64,000 nucleotides of DNA from Hormiphora californensis (taxonomy: Eukaryota; Animalia; Ctenophora), in NCBI GenBank assembly GCA_020137815.1, contig CM035361.1, positions 6,324,001-6,388,000 on the forward strand, given 5' to 3'. Positions within the stretch are counted from its first letter, which is position 1. Each line of letters opens with the position of its first letter. This document shows, piece by piece, positions 55,736 through 64,000 of the stretch. A program made the position numbers and the translations under genes. The notes below the pieces were generated by a model. That model saw nothing but the letters and a program-made list of their open reading frames with translations. It did not search any database and was not told the origin of the DNA.

Positions 55736-56599
55736 TTATTTATTATATATAGTTTTGGCACTAAAATTCTGTGTTTTTGGAATTTCGACTGTCAGCGCCA
55801 CAAAATGTCAACAAGTGCAGCGTGTCTTAGGAACCGACCGAATCAGGAAATACTGGTCCCTGATTGGCTGATAACCAGTCACGTGACCTAAATAACGACT
55901 TCTGATTGGTTGTTTACTTGTGTCGGTCGGTTCCTGATGTGTCTCCTCCCTTGTTATGGGGGAAACCATGGTCGTGCCTGAACCTCAGGTCAAGTGTGCT
56001 GCTATTCATCGGGATCTCAGTCGACGGCAGTCTTCGTGTTTTATATTTACCTGAAATAATTCAGGTGCTGTCTGCATCGAACTTAAAAAATCTTGTGAAC
56101 CAATGAAAATGCCCATTTTTGAAATGAACCAATGTAAAAAGAGGTAGGCAAAATGCTTGCACGTGATTGGCTCTTTTTTAACTCTTCAATTTCATTGCTT
56201 TTAGGAATTTCATGATTTTACGGATCCGAAGTGGCCATCACGTCCCCGGTGTGGCTGCCCCTGGTTCTTTTAGTTCCTTTAGCATATTGCGCTACTCGAC
56301 AGGCCCGAACCTATGACCTAGCGCGTGGAAGGCCACTGACTACTACACCACCATGCCACCCATATATTGATTTCAAATCCGCATTCGATTTGAAATGAGA
56401 TCTCAGATGTCAGTGGAAACAGCCGTAAAATAGGCGCGCTTGACCTATATGTTCTTATAAGGGAAGCCATCACGACAGGCTAGGTAGGTTTTCCAGGTAG
56501 TTTCATGTCATGAAATTCACGAGTTCTAACTAGCTCCACGTAATAATATGATTCCGCGTAATCGGTATCACCCCATAGCTCTCGGAATTCCGATTCTTT

Positions 56600-56846
56600 G
56601 TTTAATGGGTCCCATGCCAGGACCTAAAATTCATGGAAGCGTTGTTCTGCAGTATTCGACTTTAATGGGTCCCATGCCAGGACCTAAAATTCATGGATCA
56701 AGCGTTGTTCTGCAGTATTCGACTTTAATGGGTCCCATGCCAGGACCTAAAATTCATGGAAGCGTTGTTCTGCAGTATTCGACTTTAATGGGTCCCATGC
56801 CAGGACCTAAAATTCATGGAAGCGTTGTTCTGCAGTATTCGACTTA
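56600..56846. repeat. 57-60 bp tandem repeat, 4 units
   Basis: tttaatgggtcccatgccaggacctaaaattcatggaagcgttgttctgcagtattcgac. Confidence 0.9.
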
Positions 56847-57453
56847 ACTGAACGAATACTGCAGAACGAGGAATGCTTGGGATTGAGAGCGTGAGAAGCG
56901 ACTAGACGGAAAATGAAGAAAATCATACCTCATTACTATATAGCTTACTACTCGGACCTTTATTCTTCAAGCAAATAAATTGTTCATTCGTGAGCTGGGG
57001 CCTGAATCTCAATTCATTTACCATATTTTTTAATTTTTATCTTACCTTGTCTTTTAGTTGGAGCATCCAATCGGCGTAATGGGCAGTTTAATCCTCTTAT
57101 TCAGTATCTCACTAGTGATCGCAGGTTAGTTTCACTTTCACTATTTGTGTATTTTAGTTTCACTTTCACTATTTGTTTGTTCTAGTTTCACTTTCGTTAT
57201 TATGTATACTTTAGTTTCACTTTCACTAACACACCTAATCGCAGCGGTCAATGGTGCTGACGATTACGAAACCGACCGAGGAGGTAAAAAATAAATATAC
57301 AATTTTCTATCTATATATTTATCAACTTACCTCGAGGTATACCTCATTCCCACCCCAGCATCTGCATCCCTCTCCAATCTTTGTATGCATATTATGCGAA
57401 CAATTGCGAACATGTTTATCTCCACTCAGTTAGGTACTTGGTATACCTTATTA

Positions 57454-59535
57454 CCGATATATAACGGAACCTTTAATTAACGAAATCAGTAAAAATTTCG
57501 TTAATTTTAGGTATCGTTAATTTAGGGTTCCGCTAAATTAATGTTCTTTTAATTAAAAATTGCTTTTTTTAGGGTAGCAAAAAAACCGAGTCATCGAATA
57601 GAATGTTAACATTTCTACTTCTAGTTCTCTTCCTATTCACCATTGCATCAATAACTTCAACATTTTCAAATTGAGATATCAGTTCATTATCTGAATCAGA
57701 GTCATTCGTGGGCAAATCGCAAAGAATCTTGAATCTCTCTAAGAAGAGATTCAAAATTGTCGACCATACGGGTGTTAAAACAATACTTTTCAGTAATTAT
57801 AGTTTGTAATGAGGCAAGCCCATGTTCTGTCCATTTACAGTAAAAAGGACCTTAATTTCCAACCCTCCCTGAATATGAACCAATGGTGACTGAAATGAAC
57901 AACTGCCTCAAATTCACAACCATTCTCAATTGCAAAGAAGGCACAGGAGTTATTCGGTGAGACCGGTGTACAGATTACAACTGCTGGTGCCAGACACCTC
58001 GGTGCAGCAATCGGATCGACTGAATTCAAGACAACATTTGTTACGAACAAAGTTTCCGAATGGGTGAGCTGCCTTGAAAACCTGGTTACTGTTGCGAAAA
58101 CTCACCCCCACCTTGCATATTCGAACTATGTCCGCAGTTTGAAAATGAAGTGGTCGTACCTGCAGCGAACACTACCTGATATAGGGCACTATGGAAGACA
58201 TCCTGAGGCACAAGCTGATACCCCTATTTGTGGGAAAGCATATCTCGGACATTGAGAGGAGGATCCTAGCACTCCCCGTCAAGATGGGAGGTATGGCATT
58301 GGAAAATCCGGTACAAACGGCTAATCAAGAATACAATAATTCCCGTTTTGCTACCGGACCACTAGTGTCTCTTATCCTGGCGGAAGAGGACTGTCCAAAT
58401 AACATCATGGATGCCGAGATGAAAAGCGGAAAGTTGAAGAAGAAGTGTGCCGACGCCACTGATGAGAGGCATGCAACGGAACGTGCAGATATCTTTGCAG
58501 TACTTGATATGAAGACACAGCGTGCGATGGAGCTGTGCTCCGAACCCGGTGCTTCTAGTTGGCTAACTGCTCGACCGCTGCAGAAACTGGGCCATGAGCT
58601 CAACCAGGTTGAGTTTGTCGATGCCATTCGGCTCAGATACTGTTTCCACTTCCCGGACCTGATAGGGAAATGCGGCTGTGGGGCACAAAACACCAGTGAC
58701 CACGCCTTGATCTGCAAGGTTGGAGGCTTTGATATGTGGAGACATGACCACCTTCGGGATACCTTAGCCGATATCCTTCGGTATGCGGGATTTAAACCCG
58801 TTAACACTGAACAGCCAATGTTGCCCTGTGACGGATTCAACCTGCCAATCAGTGCAAATATCAAAGCTGAAGCACGAATGGACATAGTCTGTCGTGGCTT
58901 ATGGTCTGACATGCAGACCAGTTTCATGGATGTACGGGTTTTCCATCCTAATGCCCCATCCTACCTGAAGATGCCCATCACGAACCTGTATAAACAGCAC
59001 CAAAATCAGAAGAAACTTGCCTATATGCGAAGGGTGCAAGAAGTGGAGCAGGGTTCCTTCACGCCCCTCGTATTCTCCACGTCGGGAGGTTTTGCCGGAG
59101 AAGTAGGGAAGGTTTTGGAGCGAGCGGCCAGGAAGATCTGTGACAGGCACAAGGAGAGTTACGCTGAAACTATGTCCTTCATCCGAGAAAAGACACGATT
59201 CAGTTTGTTAAGATCAACGCTTGTTGCGCTTCGGGGAACCAAGAGAAGGGTTGTCCCAGTCAGTGTGGAAGATGTAGACTTTCGAGACAAGTGAGCAGAG
59301 AGAGGGAGTATGAGAGTATGACGGTGTGTGGGTAATTTATTATAATTTATTGTTTATTTTCAAACTTTTATGCTTCTTATTCTTGATATCTCAATAGGAA
59401 CATAATTACCATTTTAACCCCATTTTAACCCAGTATTTGTGCTTTTTGTCAAAATTTGCTAACCCAAACCGAATTTCGTTAATTAAAGGTACGTTAATTA
59501 AAGGTACGCTAATAGGAGGTTCCGTTATATAGCGG
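57454..59535. mobile_element. TA-flanked TIR element containing a CRE-like retroelement
   Basis: TIR ccg.tatataacggaacc with ttaattaacg/ttaattaaagg subterminal repeats. Confidence 0.8.
57840..59390 (+). mobile_element. 5'-truncated CRE-like non-LTR retrotransposon: RT end, Zn knuckle, restriction-like endonuclease; ORF 58191-59294
   Basis: RHLGAAIGS, LPVKMGG, ASSWL, CGCG..DHALIC, RHDHLRD, RMDI, FMDVRV, KK.AY, FTPLVFSTSGG. Confidence 0.85.
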
Positions 59536-61345
59536 TAATAAAAAAGTCCATTGGAAGACTGCTAAGGATAGGTGTACCGAATACGGGCTTACCTTTGCCA
59601 CGGTACGTAGGTATAATTATAATAAGGGGCTATAATGGTGACCATGGTAACCATAGTACAGTCAAGGACCCTGCAGTTATGATCTTACACGGGGGATTAC
59701 GGGGGCTCGAAAGGAGAGCCCGAATAGATCGCCCGAAAGATTCATCTGCACATTACGTTTCACCACACAGATGGCACATGCGTGTCACGCGCATGTGCCT
59801 TCTGTGTGCCTTCAGTGTGGTGAAAGTACGATTTCGCCAATGCGCAAATTAATTGATCTTTTGGGCGATCTATTACAAGTCACGCAGACTGTTCAAGCTT
59901 GATCATCTGATCAAGCTTGGACAGTAAAAACTGAAACTTATTCATATCAAAGCAAAAACCACTGTACCCGACTAATTTTGATACTCTGAATCACGTAAGC
60001 TAGTTTTCAAATCCTTCGGAGGTCGGGAAAGTGTCCTAATTGGGCATAATTGGGTTTAATTGATCCCACCTAGAACTTGTCACCTGGAAATGACGTGAGC
60101 GCACTTTTCTGACTAATTTTGATACGCTGAATCACATAAGCAACTTTTCCAAGCCCCCAGAGGTCGGGAAATGCCCTAATTGAGCAATTAAGGTCAATTA
60201 AATCCAATTATACTCCATTAGGACACTTTTCCGACCTCTGGGGGCGTGAAAAAGTTGTTTATGTGATTCAGCGTATCAAAATTAGTCTGAAAAGTGCCCT
60301 CACATAAGCGTCTATTATTTCCAGGTGACAAGTTTTAAGTGGGGTCAATTATACCCAATTATGCCCAATTAGAACACTTTCCTGACCTCTGACGGATTTG
60401 AAAACTAGCTTACGTGATTCAGAGTATCAAAATTAGTCGGGTACAGTGGTTTTTGCTTTGATATGAATAAGTTTCAGTTTTTACTGTCCAAGCTTGATCA
60501 GATGATCAAGCTTGAACAGTCTGCGTGACTTGATCAAAATCTTGCCCACTTATGGACATGATCACGCATGAACAGTCTGTGCGCGCCCATACTGTCGGTG
60601 GAAACTTCAGTACAGTGAGTGTATGTGGTGCCTCTTACTGAACAATCAATAAAAAACCTTCAAAACAAGCTAAAAACACGTAATTTTTTGTGAAATATCT
60701 TCCTCTCACTAATACCGAACTCTCTCTACCTCCTTTTCTCTCTCTTGTTATGTTTAGCTCCACTTATCTCTCTCTTATCTTTCCCGATTGCAGCACATAT
60801 TTTCTCGATATGTCGGATAATCTCGCTCTTGTTCTAGGTGTGGCCCTTTCTGTCGTAGTGAGAGTGCGTGCGCCTCTTATTGGTTGCTGTGGTGTGGGTG
60901 TGTGTGTGTGTATTGTGAGATGCAGGTCTGTCATTGGCTAGTGCGCGCACGTGACCCCCACGTGACCTTTCAGTTCAGTACGAAGAGCACATACAGCACC
61001 GTACTGATCTTTTCTGAGCTAAGCTCACGTGAGATTGTGTACTGATAGTCCCACCGATATTTATCAGTAAGAGGCACCACATACGGCAGTGCGTACTGGA
61101 GTTTGCACCGAAAGTGTTGTATGTGCTAGTGAGAACTGAAGTTAGAGGCACCACATACGGCGGTGCGAATTTCAGTACAGTGCTGTATGTGGTCCCCCAT
61201 AGGGACAGACGGACAGACAGACAGACAGACAGAAAGGAGAGATGCTGTAGTTTCTTGACAAGACCATTAGCTATAAGGCACACCAAAAAAGTGAGAGACA
61301 TGGAGAAGAATGGAAAGAATGAAAGATTAGGGTAGGATATATTCC

Positions 61346-61387
<42 letters not shown>

Positions 61388-61413
61388 ATAATAATAATAA
61401 TAAATTATTGGAG

Positions 61414-61509
<96 letters not shown>

Positions 61510-61635
61510 CACAGGTCAGAGTCAGACTAATGGGCGGGGAGGACCTTGTGGAAGAGGCGCGCCCATTACGCCTCTTCCACAAGGTCCTCCTCCACCTATT
61601 ATATCACGTGATGCAAACATAAGAAATTATTGGAG

Positions 61636-61748
<113 letters not shown>

Positions 61749-61814
61749 CGGAAGAGAAGAGAGGAGAGAGAGAAGCGAGAGAGGAGAGAGAGAGAGAGAT
61801 GAGAGAGAAGAGTC

Positions 61815-61868
<54 letters not shown>

Positions 61869-61981
61869 GAGATAGGTCACGGAGAATTAACTCAAACTGA
61901 GCTAGCTATAAATAGGATCGCGCCGGATCGTTTGACTTTATTCTCAAACATCCTGTAATAGTTGTGTTTGTTTGGTCAAAG

Positions 61982-64000
61982 ATGCAGAGGAGCTTTTTGT
62001 TTTCTGTGTTGTTGCTGTCCACATTTACTGCGACAGAAGGTAATGTTGAACCCGCGTATTATTGGGCCGTAGCCACTGCTAATTTGAAACAGTGTCTCGT
62101 CTGACTATTTGAAACACTCGTACTGGCTTTTTGAAACATTGTGTCCCCTGTGTGGTAGCTTGTCTCGGGGGAGGCATACCACACAGTTGGCTCCATTGCA
62201 ACCTATTCTCGCTCTGCGAAGAATAGGCTCCCGCCCCGTTGCTAGCAAGAACTCACGTGCACGCCATGTAAAGCACGTTTTCAACAAATTGCGCGCGACA
62301 GACCGTCTTTTTAGACCTTTTTAGCTGACCTAGCACTACACAAACGTCAATTATCGCCTCATTTCGCATCGTGATGAATCGGCGGGTATTTTCCCATGCT
62401 CACAAGGCCATGACGATTCACTCAGTACCTGCAGATTGTCCCAGGACCGAGTAGGAGCTTGCAGCCAGGTCTTTAAAGAATTGCTCATATTTAGCGTCAA
62501 TTTTGACCCACTATTCCTCAAATGCTGATACTCGCGGGTATTTTTTGTAAAACTAGAGACAATTATCTGCCAGGAGCAACAAACGAGATGCAAATTGGTT
62601 CAGTAGTTCCTTGCCGCCTGGTCTTTGAAAAAGTTTGCTCTAAAATCAATAACGGGGCGGAGGCCTGTTTGTGAGATCAATCTCGGTCGCTGCACGACCT
62701 CGATCTCACTCAGACATCAATGTGGCCAAGAAGGAATGATGGACAGAGCGTGCGACCATGTCCGTGTGTTTGTCATCACACGCTACGTAAAAGCCTATTT
62801 TACAAGCAGAATGTGGCAAATCCTGGCGCGCCCAGAGTGATGGCTCTCATTATCAGTTAGAGTTTTCCGGTTGATGGGCTGCCATTACTGCGCGTGCATT
62901 CAGTTAGAGTTTCCCCTTATGCGACTACAAGCGGCGCTGTAAGGTAGACGATTACGGGGGCCCGAAGGAATCGCCCCTACCAGATGTCCGTACGCGATCC
63001 CGGACGTTTGGTTTGCGTATTGCATTTCATAATTCATTACACTTTCACCACACAAAAGGCTCATGCGCGTCACATGCGTGACACGCTCGTCTGTTTTGTG
63101 TGGTGTAAATGTAGTGAAATGCAATGCGCAAACCAAACGTCCGGGATCGCGTACGGGCATCTGGTAGGGGCGATTCCTTCGGGCCCCCGTAATCCCAGCT
63201 GTGTCATGGCATCCTAGCTTGGCAAGGTACTGCAATATAAAATAAGATTATTATGTCTCATTTCAGCGTGGAGTCCAGTGGTACTTAAAACATACATCCC
63301 ATTTGATCTGGAAAGCACCCCTCTTCAAATCAAAACCAGCTCTACTACCGGGAGTGACGAGCAGATTTGGGTGGACACATACACTGCAGATGAGAGTTAC
63401 ATTGGATCAGTGAGAGTGATATTTACCTCACCTATGAAATACTACATCAACTACTGCACCTATTCATGGACTACCCTCCTAGTACAACCACCAGAGGAAG
63501 TGAACAAGATGTGGACAATTCGAAAGACGGCCACCAACCTTACCATAGAGTGCAACGGGGTGGAGGTTCTGAACTACCAGTTCAGTGACAGTAGTGATAC
63601 TCGCTGTGTACCACGGTGGGGAGGAGATGCAGTGGAGAAGATACAATTTCACTCCGTGGACACTGCATCTGACAGCTACAGAGCAAAACCAACAGGTATT
63701 ATAAATTAGAAGCTAAAGAATACTGTTTTACTTAGTATTACTTAGTATTACCAGATCGATTTCGTATGATCATCATTTCATATTTCAGTATGGAGTCCAG
63801 TGGTACTTGAAACATACATCCCATTTGATCTGGAGAGCACCCCTCTTCAAATCAAAACCAGCTCTACTACCGGGAGTGGGGAGCAGATCGCGGTGAACAC
63901 ATACACTGCAGATGAGAGTCTGATTGGGGGGGCGGCGGTGAAGTTCGCCTCAACTATGAACTACTACATCACCTACTGCACCGGATCATGGACCTCCCTC
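61982..64000 (+). CDS. Secreted protein with tandem copies of the unnamed ~140-aa domain; exons 61982-62039, 63267-63695, 63789 to the window end
   Basis: Signal peptide MQRSFLFSVLLLSTFTATE; phase-1 exons; clear similarity to 42315-42749. Confidence 0.85.
62950..63194. mobile_element. ~245-bp palindromic MITE; relative at ~59694-59875
   Basis: gattacgggggcccgaaggaatcgcccctaccagatg mirrored; shared catgcgtg.cacgcgcatg core. Confidence 0.75.

Larger units (their letters stand above)
57430..59601 (+). pseudogene. Second C-type lectin paralogue; first domain exon split by an insertion, later exons absent
   Basis: LGTWYTL...VHWKTAKDRCTEYGLTFAT; flank ~56460-57430 is homologous to ~52260-53317. 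Confidence 0.75.

Noticed and set aside
52127-56100. Inverted repeats flanking the lectin gene as a gene-capturing transposon
   Set aside because: The termini point toward the gene (right end of one element, left end of another), so they do not enclose it.
58325-58927. 200-aa antisense ORF (likewise 20304-20750 and 21573-22004)
   Set aside because: Shadow frames of coding regions on the other strand, with no recognisable motifs.

Overview
Repeat-rich eukaryotic (animal) DNA with GT-AG introns. The repeat families and a cysteine-containing extracellular domain recall a ctenophore such as Pleurobrachia (from memory, not verified). Host genes rebuilt by hand: the 3' part of an N-acetylneuraminate lyase/DHDPS-family gene (+), a complete 7-exon EMC3 (-), and a ~16 kb multi-exon gene for a Ser/Pro-rich disordered protein (-) with a secreted F5/8C/fucolectin-like gene nested antisense in one intron. 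Further on are a secreted modular protein gene (unnamed domain, Sushi, Ig-like) split by a MULE, two damaged C-type lectin paralogues, and the start of a second secreted gene with tandem copies of the unnamed domain. The rest is largely transposons: L2, several CR1s, an RNase H LINE with a long structured 3' UTR, CRE-like fragments, a Penelope-like element with inverted pLTRs and hammerhead ribozymes inside a tandem Helitron pair, and many nested MITEs and foldbacks. The most unusual signal is the repeated copying of exon edges, with their splice sites, into neighbouring introns, sometimes as long arrays.
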